This document shows positions 23,331-32,866 of a stretch of 64,000 nt of DNA, in pieces. Source of the stretch: Candidatus Sulfomarinibacter sp. (GTDB lineage Bacteria > Acidobacteriota > Thermoanaerobaculia > Thermoanaerobaculales > Sulfomarinibacteraceae). Under the pieces are notes generated by a model, which did no database searches, was not told the DNA's origin, and was given only the letters and a program-made list of their open reading frames with translations. Where the stretch lies: positions 2,211 to 66,210 of the forward strand of contig JBFFBV010000003.1 in assembly GCA_041560205.1 (NCBI GenBank), read 5' to 3'. Positions within the stretch are counted from its first letter, which is position 1. Every line of letters begins with the position of its first letter. Position numbers and translations under genes: made by a program.

Positions 23331-24767
23331 CTACCTGCGCCAGAACTCGCGGGAAAAGAGGGCGAGCAGGGTGAAGATCTCGAGGCGGCCGAAGAGCATG
23401 CAGCAGGCCAGCACGATCTTCACGACCCCGGGGAAGTGAGCGAAGTTGTCGTAGGCGCCGATCTCGCCGAGACCCGGACCGACGTTGCCGATCGAGGTCA
23501 GTCCGGCCGAGATCGCGGTCATCAGATCGTAGCCGTAAGCCGCCACCACTGCAGTGCCCGCCAGGGCAATCAACAGGTAGGCGGTGAGGAACGACCAGAT
23601 CCCCGACAGCACGGACTCGGAGACCACGGCGCCGCCGTACTTCACCGGCCGCACCGCGTGTGGATGAATGAGGCGGTGGAGGGTCGTGCGCAGGGAGGTG
23701 ATGGCGAGCAGGGCGCGCAAGCTCTTGATCCCTCCGCCGGTCGAGCCCGACATCCCGCCCAGCACCATCAAGCACAGCAGGACCAGCAGAGGCAGGGTGG
23801 CCCAAACTTCGAAGTCGGTCGTGCAATACCCGGTGGTGGTGAGGATGCTCACCGTCTGGAAGGCGGCGTGGCGAAGGCTGTCCGCAAGGCGCGCCCCGTC
23901 CTCGTGGACCGTCAGGAAGAGGATGATGGTGGCGACCACGATGACGCCGAGGAAATACCTGAGCTCGCTGTCGCGCCACACCTCCTTTGCGCGGCCGGTC
24001 AGGAGGCGGTAGTGGAGCACGAAGTTGATGCCGGCCAGCAGCATGAAAAAGATGACGATCCACTCCACCGTTGCCGAGCCGTACTCGCCAACCGACGTGT
24101 TGCGGGTCGAGAAACCGCCGGTCGCCAGGGTCGTGAACGAATGGCAGAGCGCATCGAACCAGCTGAGACCGGCGAGGCGGAGGGCGATCCACTCCGCGCC
24201 TGTAAAACCCACGTAGACCATCCACAGCGTGCGGGCAGTGGTTGCGAGCCGCGGCTTCACCTTGTCCGCGACCGGACCCGGTACCTCTGCCTTGAAGAGC
24301 TGCATGCCGCCGATCCCGAGCAGGGGGAGGATGGCGATGGTGAAAAGAATGATCCCCATTCCGCCGAGCCACTGACTCATGGCGCGCCACAGCAGGAGAG
24401 ACCTCGGGATGACGGTCGTGTCCCCGATCACGGTCGAACCCGTGGTGGTGAAGCCCGAGACCGACTCGAAGAGCGCGTCGACCGGTCCCAGAGCATCGGT
24501 CACGAGGTAGGGCACCGCACCGACGAGAGAGACCGCGATCCACGCGCCGCCGACGATCAGAAACCCGTCCCGTGGACGGATGTGCCGGTCGATCGGTGGC
24601 CGCACACCGACCAGCAACACACCGATGACGCCGGCCACCGCGATCGCCGCCACCCAGGGCTCGAGCGAATCGCGGAACACCAGGCTCGCTATCAGCGGCA
24701 GCACGAGAAAGGCGCAGTCCAGCAGCAGCAGCCAGCCGATCAGGTAGGTCGCGAAGCGGCGATTCAT
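23331..24767 (-). CDS. trkH: Trk-type K+ uptake protein TrkH
   Basis: ATG at 24767 (MNRRFATYLIGWLLLL). ESVSGFTTTGSTV and LATGGFSTRN selectivity-filter-like repeats. Confidence 0.9.
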   Translation of the reverse strand: MNRRFATYLIGWLLLLDCAFLVLPLIASLVFRDSLEPWVAAIAVAGVIGVLLVGVRPPIDRHIRPRDGFLIVGGAWIAVSLVGAVPYLVTDALGPVDALFESVSGFTTTGSTVIGDTTVIPRSLLLWRAMSQWLGGMGIILFTIAILPLLGIGGMQLFKAEVPGPVADKVKPRLATTARTLWMVYVGFTGAEWIALRLAGLSWFDALCHSFTTLATGGFSTRNTSVGEYGSATVEWIVIFFMLLAGINFVLHYRLLTGRAKEVWRDSELRYFLGVIVVATIILFLTVHEDGARLADSLRHAAFQTVSILTTTGYCTTDFEVWATLPLLVLLCLMVLGGMSGSTGGGIKSLRALLAITSLRTTLHRLIHPHAVRPVKYGGAVVSESVLSGIWSFLTAYLLIALAGTAVVAAYGYDLMTAISAGLTSIGNVGPGLGEIGAYDNFAHFPGVVKIVLACCMLFGRLEIFTLLALFSREFWRR

Positions 24768-24792
24768 GCCCGTCGCCTCACCCCGCCGCCCC

Positions 24793-26142
24793 TCAGGCCT
24801 CGAGAACGTCGTCGAGCCGACACGCCATCTCGGCGGTCGCGGCCACGATGACCTGGTCTCCGGGCTCGATCCGGTCGTCACCGCCGGGGATGAAGATCCG
24901 ATCGTCGCGCTGGACCGCGACCATGAGGATCCCGCGCGGCAGCCCGAGCGCGGAGAGCGGCGACGACACCAGACGGCTTCCTTCGGCCGCCTCGACCTCG
25001 AAGACCTCCACCGAGTCCTCGAGAAGGGCTGCGACCGACCTGATCCGGCCCTTGCGGGCGAAGTGGAGAGCGAGGCTCACCGACAGGAGGCGCGGCGAGA
25101 TGATGGCGTCGATGCCGAGGTCTCCGACCAAGCTCGAGAGTGCGGCGTTGTCGACCAACGCAAAGGTGTGCGCGGCGCCCATGCGGCCCGCCAGAAGACA
25201 GGCCACGACGTTCTCCTCGTGCCGGTCCGTGCAGGCGATAAAGCCCTCGACCCTCTCCGCACCTTCCTCGCGAAGGAGCTCTCGGTCGGTCGCGCTTCCG
25301 TGGACCACCAGGGTGTCCCCGAGATCGGCCGCCGCCCGGTCGCAGTCGGGCCGTCGTTCGTCGAAGAGCGTTACCGGAACCCCGGTCTCCTCGAGGCGAC
25401 GGGCGAGTGCCACGCCGATCCGCGTCGCACCAGCGACCATCACCCGCCGCTCGACGCCTCGGTGGAGCCCGAGCAGGACGAGCACGTTGTCGAGCTCGCC
25501 CGGGTCCATCGCGAAGTAGACCAGATCGCCGGCCCTGATCTCATCGTCGCCGAAGGGCACCCGCCACCGGCCATCACGGCGGATGGCGACCACCAGCATC
25601 GGCGTGGCGGGGAAAAGCAGCCTCAAATGTGACAGCAGCAGACCGGCAAACTCGCTGCCCGCCTTGATGTGAAAGCCTGCGATCAGCAGCTTGCCGTCGA
25701 AGAACGAGACGACGTCCACCGCACCGGGGACGGGCATCAACGACAGGATCTTCTCGACCGCAGCCATATCCGGATTGATGACGACACGCTCCTCGCCCGG
25801 CTCTCGGGCGATGCGGCGGAAACCCTCCTCGTGCCCGGTATCCCGCAGCCGCGCTGCGACGCGTGGCACCTTGAAGATCACCGAGCCCACGAGCGCCACC
25901 ACCATGTTGGCCTCGTCGGAATCGGTTGTGGCAAGCAGGAGCTCCGCGTTCTCGATGCCCGCGTTGATCAGTACGGGAATGGTCGCGCCGTTGCCGCAGA
26001 TGGTCTGGACGTCGAGCCGCTCGTTGAGGTCAGCGATGAGTTCGCGGCTCTGCTCCACCAGCAACACGTCGTGGCCGTCGCCCGAGAGCTTCTCTGCCAG
26101 GGTCGAGCCGACCAAGCCACCACCGACGACTACGACTCGCAT
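24793..26142 (-). CDS. trkA: Trk system NAD-binding protein TrkA
   Basis: ATG at 26142 (MRVVVVGGGLVGSTLAEKL). A second Rossmann repeat (VMVAGATRIGVALARRL) gives two RCK N+C modules. Confidence 0.9.
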   Translation of the reverse strand: MRVVVVGGGLVGSTLAEKLSGDGHDVLLVEQSRELIADLNERLDVQTICGNGATIPVLINAGIENAELLLATTDSDEANMVVALVGSVIFKVPRVAARLRDTGHEEGFRRIAREPGEERVVINPDMAAVEKILSLMPVPGAVDVVSFFDGKLLIAGFHIKAGSEFAGLLLSHLRLLFPATPMLVVAIRRDGRWRVPFGDDEIRAGDLVYFAMDPGELDNVLVLLGLHRGVERRVMVAGATRIGVALARRLEETGVPVTLFDERRPDCDRAAADLGDTLVVHGSATDRELLREEGAERVEGFIACTDRHEENVVACLLAGRMGAAHTFALVDNAALSSLVGDLGIDAIISPRLLSVSLALHFARKGRIRSVAALLEDSVEVFEVEAAEGSRLVSSPLSALGLPRGILMVAVQRDDRIFIPGGDDRIEPGDQVIVAATAEMACRLDDVLEA

Positions 26143-26203
26143 GTCAGGGCCTTCTGCCGAAAACCAGATCCAGGTGATCGATGAGTCATGGCGATGCAAG
26201 TAT

Positions 26204-26236
26204 AGCTGTCAGCTCTCAGCTGTCAGCAGTCAAAGC
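26204..26236. repeat. Short heptad stutter (CTGTCAG/CTCTCAG/CTGTCAG/CAGTCAA)
   Basis: AGCTGTCAGCTCTCAGCTGTCAGCAGTCAAAGC in the trkA upstream intergenic region. Confidence 0.5.
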
Positions 26237-26457
26237 CCAAGCTGCGACGTTTTCGCAGACACCGCGGTGGTCCGGCCTGTGTCATCCCCCAAGGTGTAAC
26301 CCATGTGCTGATACGATTCTGTTACCGATCTCCTGATACGGGACAGCTCACGCCCCAGGCTATCCATCTGGGGCCCCTCCGGGGCTTGAGAGCGTCACAA
26401 TTCCCTGGGAACAATCTTGAGTGGGAAGGGGAGCTGGCGGCTCATGCCCCCACCTTT

Positions 26458-26865
26458 CTACGGAAGCGCTCCGCCTTCGATCCACCTGCGATAGAGCTCG
26501 AGCTCGGCCTCGCGCAGCTTCTTAGAACCCGTCAAGGTGCGCGGCATCCCCTTGCCCTCCTTTGCAACGTGCTGCAGCTTGAGCCACAGGTAGGATCGAT
26601 CGGGGTCGCCCGGTTCGACCAGCGCCATCTCCGGCACCTGGATCGAGCGCGGACCGACCAGCCGTTCGTAGCCGAGCCCCGGATCCAGCACGAGCTTGGC
26701 CTTGGCCTCCTCCGACTCGTGGCAGCCGATGCAGTGGGCAATCACCAGCGGTTCGAGATGGGTGGCATAGGAGACCGGCTCCTCGATCGGCACCTCGGGC
26801 ACCCCGGTACCGCAGCCGGTGACGATCATCAGGACGATGCCAGCGCCGGTCGTGGCGGTCCGCAT
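26458..26865 (-). CDS. Lipoprotein with PSCyt1-type ('Planctomycete cytochrome c') domain
   Basis: ATG at 26865, 6 nt after GGAGG. Lipobox IVTGC. HLEPLVIAHCIGCH...GMP...LELYRRWIEGGA matches the PSCyt1 pattern. Confidence 0.7.
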   Translation of the reverse strand: MRTATTGAGIVLMIVTGCGTGVPEVPIEEPVSYATHLEPLVIAHCIGCHESEEAKAKLVLDPGLGYERLVGPRSIQVPEMALVEPGDPDRSYLWLKLQHVAKEGKGMPRTLTGSKKLREAELELYRRWIEGGALP

Positions 26866-26885
26866 CCCGACCCTCCAGGGCTCGC

Positions 26886-28640
26886 TCACGTCTCGCCCCG
26901 TCTGCGGATCATGCCGAACCTCGACGCACAGTCGATTCGCACGTCGAGGGGAGCCGGCACCCGGACGTGGCGCACGCTGCGGCTCTCCCAGATCGCTTCC
27001 TGCTCGTCAAACCACTCCCAGTCGATCCGACCGCGACCGTCGTGTTCGACCGACATGTAGAGGACCTGGTTGCTGAGCAGCCGGTGGAAAAAATGCGTCC
27101 CGTGGCTGAGGCTCGTGGGGGCGTCCTCGAGGGTCGCTTCGACGATGACCCGCGCGGACGAAATCTGGCCCCACTTCACCGGCACGCCGAAACGATCGTC
27201 GGTCGTGCCCCAGCGTCCGAGCCCGATGAAGATCCCGTGTCGGCCCTCTTCCACGAGGCCCCGATTGACCGCGTCCAGCTCTGAGGCCATCATCCGCGTG
27301 GCGCCTCGATCGAAGCTTTGCGGACGCAGGTAGACGACGTCGGTGAGGTCTTCTCGAGAGCCGTGACCGAGGCAGTTGTCCGAGGCGACGATGATCTCGG
27401 GCGCCTCGAGGTCGACCTCGCTCACCGGTGACCGTTCGCCCGGCGTCAACATCGGCCGTACCTGGAGAAAGGCGACCTCCATCGGCAGCGCATGCTCCCG
27501 GTCGAGATTCGCGGCGATCTCGATCTCGGCCTCGCCGTTGAACACGTTGCACGACAACTCGAGCAAATTTTCCATCAGCGGCGTGAAGGGAATGGTCTTC
27601 GACTCGAGGAGCGGGGCGAAGGTCAGGGCGCGAGGCCCGCGGCCGCCGATGCCCGAACGCAGCTGATTCGACGCCGGGTCGTAGGTCGAGGCGAGGTAGC
27701 TCAAGCTGCCATCGGCCTCGGCGTCCGCCAGGCCCGACCGCAGGAGACATGTCGTCTCGCGCACCGGATCGGGCGGCGGCGGGTCGCCGACGTTGACCGC
27801 CCAGAAGCTGTTCTGTGTGAAGTTCAGCAGGTCACCGGTGCTCTTGTACGGAGGCGGGGCGAGCGGCCGGTGGGGACAGTAGCTCCACACGTGGTCGCCG
27901 TCGGATATGGACTTCCCGAGTCCGAGGGCCAGGGACACCACGCCGTCCTCGCGGTCGTTGCCGGGCACCGGGTAGTGGTTGTACGACCTGGCGAGAGCGG
28001 AAAGGGTCGGGTAGAAGCGGCCGTCGTGGCGCGTACCCGTCACCTCCTGGACGATGACCGCCATCTGCTCTGCGTCGTCCGCCAGCCCGGCAGCACGGCG
28101 AGACACGACCGCATTGCCGAAGAAGGTCGAGGCCCATGCCAGCTTGATCGCTCCCGAAAGACGTCGATAGCGGGCGTCGTCGCGGGTCTCGGTGTTGGGG
28201 ATCATCTTCGAGGTGAAGATGCCGGCGAAGGCCCGCTGGTGCGCGTCTTCGAGATAGCTCGACGGCCTGATCGCGAGCGGATCGCGCATGACCGCGAGCA
28301 CAGCTCTGAGCTGCCCCCGAAGGCCTTCGGAGAGCTCCGCGTGCTGAAACTCCTGTGCCAGCTGGCTGTCCGGGAGCTCCTCCGCGACCACGTTCCAGAG
28401 GCGGTTCCGATCCATGAACTCGGCGAAGACCTCGGTCGCGATCACCACCGCGCGCGGCACCCCAACGGTCACGCCCTCGAATCTCGAGGCGTCGAATCGC
28501 GGCAAGATCTCGTCCTGGATCTGCTTCAGACCTACCGCCTTGCCGCCGACGCTGCCGGCGCCGAGACGCGCGATCGAGTGCTCGGATCCGAAGGTCTGGG
28601 GGTCAAACTTGGGAACGCCTGAATCCACGGTCGCATTCAT
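26886..28640 (-). CDS. PEP/pyruvate-binding (PPDK_N ATP-grasp) domain protein
   Basis: N-terminus GAGSVGGKAVGLKQI...AIRPSSYLEDA...MAVIVQEV is typical of the PPDK/PEP-synthase nucleotide-binding domain. I see no swivel-His or PEP-utilizer TIM domain. Confidence 0.72.
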   Translation of the reverse strand: MNATVDSGVPKFDPQTFGSEHSIARLGAGSVGGKAVGLKQIQDEILPRFDASRFEGVTVGVPRAVVIATEVFAEFMDRNRLWNVVAEELPDSQLAQEFQHAELSEGLRGQLRAVLAVMRDPLAIRPSSYLEDAHQRAFAGIFTSKMIPNTETRDDARYRRLSGAIKLAWASTFFGNAVVSRRAAGLADDAEQMAVIVQEVTGTRHDGRFYPTLSALARSYNHYPVPGNDREDGVVSLALGLGKSISDGDHVWSYCPHRPLAPPPYKSTGDLLNFTQNSFWAVNVGDPPPPDPVRETTCLLRSGLADAEADGSLSYLASTYDPASNQLRSGIGGRGPRALTFAPLLESKTIPFTPLMENLLELSCNVFNGEAEIEIAANLDREHALPMEVAFLQVRPMLTPGERSPVSEVDLEAPEIIVASDNCLGHGSREDLTDVVYLRPQSFDRGATRMMASELDAVNRGLVEEGRHGIFIGLGRWGTTDDRFGVPVKWGQISSARVIVEATLEDAPTSLSHGTHFFHRLLSNQVLYMSVEHDGRGRIDWEWFDEQEAIWESRSVRHVRVPAPLDVRIDCASRFGMIRRRGET

Positions 28641-28768
28641 GCGCGCAGCCTCTCCCTTCCCGAGCTCCTTGTCAACACCTCTCCGCCACTTCGCGCCCCT
28701 CCGGTCGGCTCCTCGTCATGGTTGGGAGACGCGGGGCCTGATATCGTGCCTCACGGGTTCATTTCACC

Positions 28769-30013
28769 GTGGACACGAGTTCCCCTGACCACCGGATCCG
28801 CACCCGCAGCGGGATGATTGTCGCTGTCCTCGCGGTGGTTGCGGCCCAGGCGGTGTTTCTCGCGTGGACCGTTCACGAGCGCGGTCTCTTCGAGTACATC
28901 GGCCTCGACTATCGCGGGTCCCGAACGGCGGGCGAAGAGATCCCAGAGCACGGCTTCGAAGCCGCCTATGATCCCGCCCTGGTCGAAGAATCGCAGCAAG
29001 AGATCTTCAACTCCTACACCAACGAGTCGAATCCGTACCGTCTCCCGTTTTACGTGGTCCCGGCCCCCTACCCGCCGCCGTTCACTTTGGCTTTCATTCC
29101 CTCCACCTGGCTCCCGCCCGTCCCGGGCTTCGTGGCGTGGACCATGTTTCACATGATCGTGCTTGCGCTTTACCCTCTCCGCCTGGCGAAGGCTTTCGAC
29201 GTCCCGAGACCTGGATGGTTGATCGTCGCGATCGTGCTGTCCTTCCCGGCCCTTTTCAACTTCATCATGGGGCAGTTCAGCGTGTGGCTCGTCGTGTTCT
29301 TCGGCGAGGCCCTCATCGCCTTCGACCGCAGGCGGGACCTGCTGGCTGGGCTTTGGCTCGGACTGTTGATCTGTAAACCGCAGACCCTGGTCCTCGTGGT
29401 GCCCGCACTGCTGATCGCCGGCAGGTTCAGGCTTGTCGCCGGGATGGTGGTCTCGATCGCCGCTCTTCTGGTTCCGACCCTCGTGTTCGACGGCGCGTGG
29501 CTCTCGAAATATCTGGGTGGACTCATCGATGCCGCGGGATCGACCGGCCAGGTGATGAACATCTTCCCCTCGACCATGACCAACTGGCGCGCTTTCGCCC
29601 TCAACGCCGCCAGAATCCATTCCCCGTGGTTTGTCTGGACTGTGACCGTCCCTGCAATGATCGGGACGGCTATTGTCAGTCTCCGGTGCTCCTTGGGCCT
29701 CCGCACCACCGAAGGCCTTCGAAACGGACGTGCCTGGCTGGGGCTCGCCGCCGGCACCTGCGCCTGCTCCTGGCACGCCCACGCGCACCAGGTCCTCCTG
29801 CTCGTGCCACCCCTGTTCATGGTCGTGGCATCCAGGCCGAAGCTCTTCGGTCTCGCAACGTGCATGCTCCTCGGGACTTCCGGCCTCTTCGTTGCAGCGG
29901 CCTTCCTGCTGGGCGTCGATCCGGCGCACGAGGTCCTCGGGCAATGTTTACTCGCCTTGCTGATTGTCGTGACAGCGTGGTGCGCCGCTGAGCTTTATTC
30001 GAGGGATCCCTGA
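28769..30013 (+). CDS. Polytopic membrane protein (possibly GT-C/DUF2029-like glycosyltransferase)
   Basis: 10 or more hydrophobic segments across 414 aa. Start is either GTG 28769 or ATG 28814 (MIVAVLAVVAAQAV). The family assignment is a weak impression only. Confidence 0.55.
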   Translation: MDTSSPDHRIRTRSGMIVAVLAVVAAQAVFLAWTVHERGLFEYIGLDYRGSRTAGEEIPEHGFEAAYDPALVEESQQEIFNSYTNESNPYRLPFYVVPAPYPPPFTLAFIPSTWLPPVPGFVAWTMFHMIVLALYPLRLAKAFDVPRPGWLIVAIVLSFPALFNFIMGQFSVWLVVFFGEALIAFDRRRDLLAGLWLGLLICKPQTLVLVVPALLIAGRFRLVAGMVVSIAALLVPTLVFDGAWLSKYLGGLIDAAGSTGQVMNIFPSTMTNWRAFALNAARIHSPWFVWTVTVPAMIGTAIVSLRCSLGLRTTEGLRNGRAWLGLAAGTCACSWHAHAHQVLLLVPPLFMVVASRPKLFGLATCMLLGTSGLFVAAAFLLGVDPAHEVLGQCLLALLIVVTAWCAAELYSRDP

Positions 30014-30127
30014 CGACCCGGGGCTTTTTGATGCGGCGCTGACCATCAACGGGAATACCGTGCACGGAGACGGAAACGGGCACGGGTATCTTCGCCCGTC
30101 CGGTGGCAAGGCGTTGCCGGGCGGCGT

Positions 30128-31588
30128 ATGGTGGCAGCGGAGGTGCGGATGAACGACGCATCGGGCCACTGGGACGCTGAGCTCTTCCGACGCGAAGGAC
30201 ACCGGATGGTGGATTGGATCGCCGAGTACCTCGACGGGGGCAACCGCGAGCACCCCGTGCTTTCCCGGGTCGAGCCGGGCGAAATCGCCAAGAGAATTCC
30301 GGACGAGATGCCCATCTCTGCGGAGGATCCCGAAGCCGTCTGGCGGGATTTCCTCGACATCATCTTGCCTGGCGTCACCCACTGGAACCACCCGGGTTTC
30401 ATGGCGTACTTCGGGATCACCGGCTCCGGTCCGGGAGTCCTCGGCGAGATGCTCTCGGCCGCGCTTGACGTCAACGGGATGCTGTGGCGCACGTGCCCCT
30501 CGGCCACCGAGCTGGAAATCAAGGTTCTCGAATGGATGCGGCGAGGCCTCGGGTTGCCGGACGACTTCTTCGGCTACCTCAACGACACGGCGTCAATCTC
30601 TTCCCTCCTGGCCCTGGCCGCGGCGCGCGAAGCCGCGGACCCTGCGGTCCGAAAGCACGGAATGAATGGACCCGCGTGGCGGGTCTACGCCTCCGACCAG
30701 GCCCACTCGTCGATCGCGAAGGCCTGTCTGACACTCGGCTTCGGACTCGACGGCTTCCGGGCCGTGCCGCACGACGCGGACTACCGAATGGATACGAAAG
30801 CGCTTTCCGAGATGGTGGCGGCGGATCGGGCCGAGGGCCACCGTCCGCTCGCCGTTGTGGCCACCGTCGGCACGACCTCGACGACATCCGTGGACCCATG
30901 CGTCGAAATCTCAGAGATTTGCATGCAAAACGATCTTTGGATGCATGTGGATGCTGCTTATGCAGGATCTACGGCTCTAAATGAGAGTTACAGGTGGTGT
31001 ATAGAAGGATGTGAACGCGCAGATTCCTTCAATTTTAACCCCCACAAATGGCTTTTCGTGCCAATTGATGCATCAGCGTTCTACACCCGGCGCCCCGAGA
31101 TCTTCAAAAGGGCCTTTTCGCTGGTGCCCGAGTACCTGACCACGCCCCTCAGCGGCCAGGTCGTCGATCTGATGGACTACGGCGTCCAGCTCGGCCGGCG
31201 TTTCCGGGCTCTCAAGCTGTGGTGGGTCCTGCGCTGCTTCGGGCTCGACGGGATCCGCGAGCGCCACCAGCGCCACATCACCATGGCCGCTGAGTTTGCC
31301 CGCTGGGTTGACGCCGAGCCCGCATTCGAGCGCATGGCTCCGCGCCCTTTCTCGGTGGTGTGCTTCCGTGCGCGGCCGCAAGGTCTCGAGGGAGACGCGC
31401 TCGACGCGTTCAATATGGAGTTGCTCGAGCGGGTCAACGCCTCTGGTGAGGTCTTCCTCTCCCACACCAAGCTCGACGACGGAGTTGCCCTCCGGCTGGC
31501 GATCGGCAATCTCGGAACCGTCGAAACGGACGTCGCTCGCTGCCGGGAGCTCCTCGCGGAGGGTCTGCAATGCCTCTCGAGCCGCTGA
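30128..31588 (+). CDS. Group II PLP-dependent decarboxylase (aromatic-L-amino-acid/tyrosine decarboxylase-like)
   Basis: HWNHPGFMAYFG, TSTTSVDP, HVDAAYAG and the PLP-lysine motif NPHKW. Alternative start ATG 30149. Confidence 0.9.
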   Translation: MVAAEVRMNDASGHWDAELFRREGHRMVDWIAEYLDGGNREHPVLSRVEPGEIAKRIPDEMPISAEDPEAVWRDFLDIILPGVTHWNHPGFMAYFGITGSGPGVLGEMLSAALDVNGMLWRTCPSATELEIKVLEWMRRGLGLPDDFFGYLNDTASISSLLALAAAREAADPAVRKHGMNGPAWRVYASDQAHSSIAKACLTLGFGLDGFRAVPHDADYRMDTKALSEMVAADRAEGHRPLAVVATVGTTSTTSVDPCVEISEICMQNDLWMHVDAAYAGSTALNESYRWCIEGCERADSFNFNPHKWLFVPIDASAFYTRRPEIFKRAFSLVPEYLTTPLSGQVVDLMDYGVQLGRRFRALKLWWVLRCFGLDGIRERHQRHITMAAEFARWVDAEPAFERMAPRPFSVVCFRARPQGLEGDALDAFNMELLERVNASGEVFLSHTKLDDGVALRLAIGNLGTVETDVARCRELLAEGLQCLSSR

Positions 31589-32457
31589 AGGACCGGGGAG
31601 GCCTGGCCGCGTCCCTGCGGGGTCTCGGAGTGCTCGCGATCGGATTCACGACCCTGCTCCCATTCAACCTGCTCCAGCTCCTCAGCCTGCTCCTCCTCCC
31701 CTTCTCCCGCAGCGCGTTTCGCGCGGTCAACAGGTGGTGCGCCGGCACCTGGTGGGGGTGGTGCGTCATCGGCGCCGAACGCATCAACGGCACCCGGATC
31801 ACCTTCACCGGCGATGACGTGCCGGCGAGAGAGAACGCCCTCCTGATCGCCAACCATCAGCAGATGCCGGACATCCCGGCAATCATGAAGTTCTGCAAGA
31901 CCAAGGACCGTCTCGGCGACATGAAGTACTTCGTCAAGAAGCAGCTCAAGTGGGTGCCGGGCATGGGCTGGGGCATGCAGTTTCTCGACTGCCTCTTCAT
32001 CGACCGCGACTGGGCGTCGGACCGCGAGCAGATTCGCCGCACCTTCGACCGTCTCGTGAGCGGCCGGGTCCCGGTTCACCTCGTGTCCTTCGTCGAAGGG
32101 ACCCGGTTCACGCTCCCCAAGCTCGAGGCTGCCCAGGCCTACGCCCGCGAGCACGGTCTGACCGTCACTCGCCACACCCTGGTTCCGCGCAGCAAGGGCT
32201 TCGCGGCCTCGGTGGAAGGTCTCCGCAGCCACGTTGCCGCAGTCTACGATCTCACGATCGCATACGAGGAGGGGGTGCCGACCCTGTGGCAGTACATCAA
32301 GGGTCTCGTGCAACGCATCCGCGTCCACGTTCGCCGTTTCCCGATCACCACCCTCCCCGATACCGCAGACGACCTTCGACAATGGCTGCTCGATCGCTGG
32401 TCCGAGAAGAACGATCTCCTCGAGCACTACTACGCCAACGGCTCGTTTCCAGATTGA
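31570..32457 (+). CDS. Lysophospholipid/1-acylglycerol-3-phosphate acyltransferase family protein (AGPAT3-5-like)
   Basis: HX4D motif NHQQMPD, FVEGTRF, and KKQLKWVPGMGWGMQF. Overlaps the decarboxylase gene by 19 nt. Confidence 0.85.
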   Translation: MPLEPLKDRGGLAASLRGLGVLAIGFTTLLPFNLLQLLSLLLLPFSRSAFRAVNRWCAGTWWGWCVIGAERINGTRITFTGDDVPARENALLIANHQQMPDIPAIMKFCKTKDRLGDMKYFVKKQLKWVPGMGWGMQFLDCLFIDRDWASDREQIRRTFDRLVSGRVPVHLVSFVEGTRFTLPKLEAAQAYAREHGLTVTRHTLVPRSKGFAASVEGLRSHVAAVYDLTIAYEEGVPTLWQYIKGLVQRIRVHVRRFPITTLPDTADDLRQWLLDRWSEKNDLLEHYYANGSFPD

Positions 32458-32461
32458 CCCG

Positions 32462-32857
32462 TCAGCCTTTTCGATTGATCAGCCTCCAGGTCATGGCCCG
32501 CACATCGTCGAAGGTCGAAAGCGTGCTTTCGGTTGTAGCGCGATTGATCGCCCCAGCATGCGCGAGGAGCCTCATGTGGCTGTCGACCTCTTTTGCCGAC
32601 GCGTCTGCAATTCGCCAGTGGTGGAATCGATCTCTGCCGGATCGGCCATGACCCTCAGAGAAGTTTGCTGGAACCGAGCTTGCTGAACGAATCACCTGAT
32701 CAGCGATCGACTTCAGCGGGGCTGGGACCTTCATCACAAGGGCGACGGCGTCGCCTGCAGCTTGAAGGGCCTTGTCATGGGCAATGAGAGTCGTGTGGTT
32801 GAGGGCGTCGTGACTCACCCCCGCCAGCGAGCAGGCTATGGCTGACCCCACTCCCAC
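32462..32857 (-). CDS. Four-helix-bundle protein (23S rRNA intervening-sequence protein family)
   Basis: QVIRSASSVPANFSEGHGR...ADASAKEVDSHMRLL matches the Q..RAa.Si..NIAEG ... GS..E pattern. Start uncertain (GTG 32857 or GTG 32818). Confidence 0.72.
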   Translation of the reverse strand: MGVGSAIACSLAGVSHDALNHTTLIAHDKALQAAGDAVALVMKVPAPLKSIADQVIRSASSVPANFSEGHGRSGRDRFHHWRIADASAKEVDSHMRLLAHAGAINRATTESTLSTFDDVRAMTWRLINRKG

Positions 32858-32866
32858 CCTTCCTTC

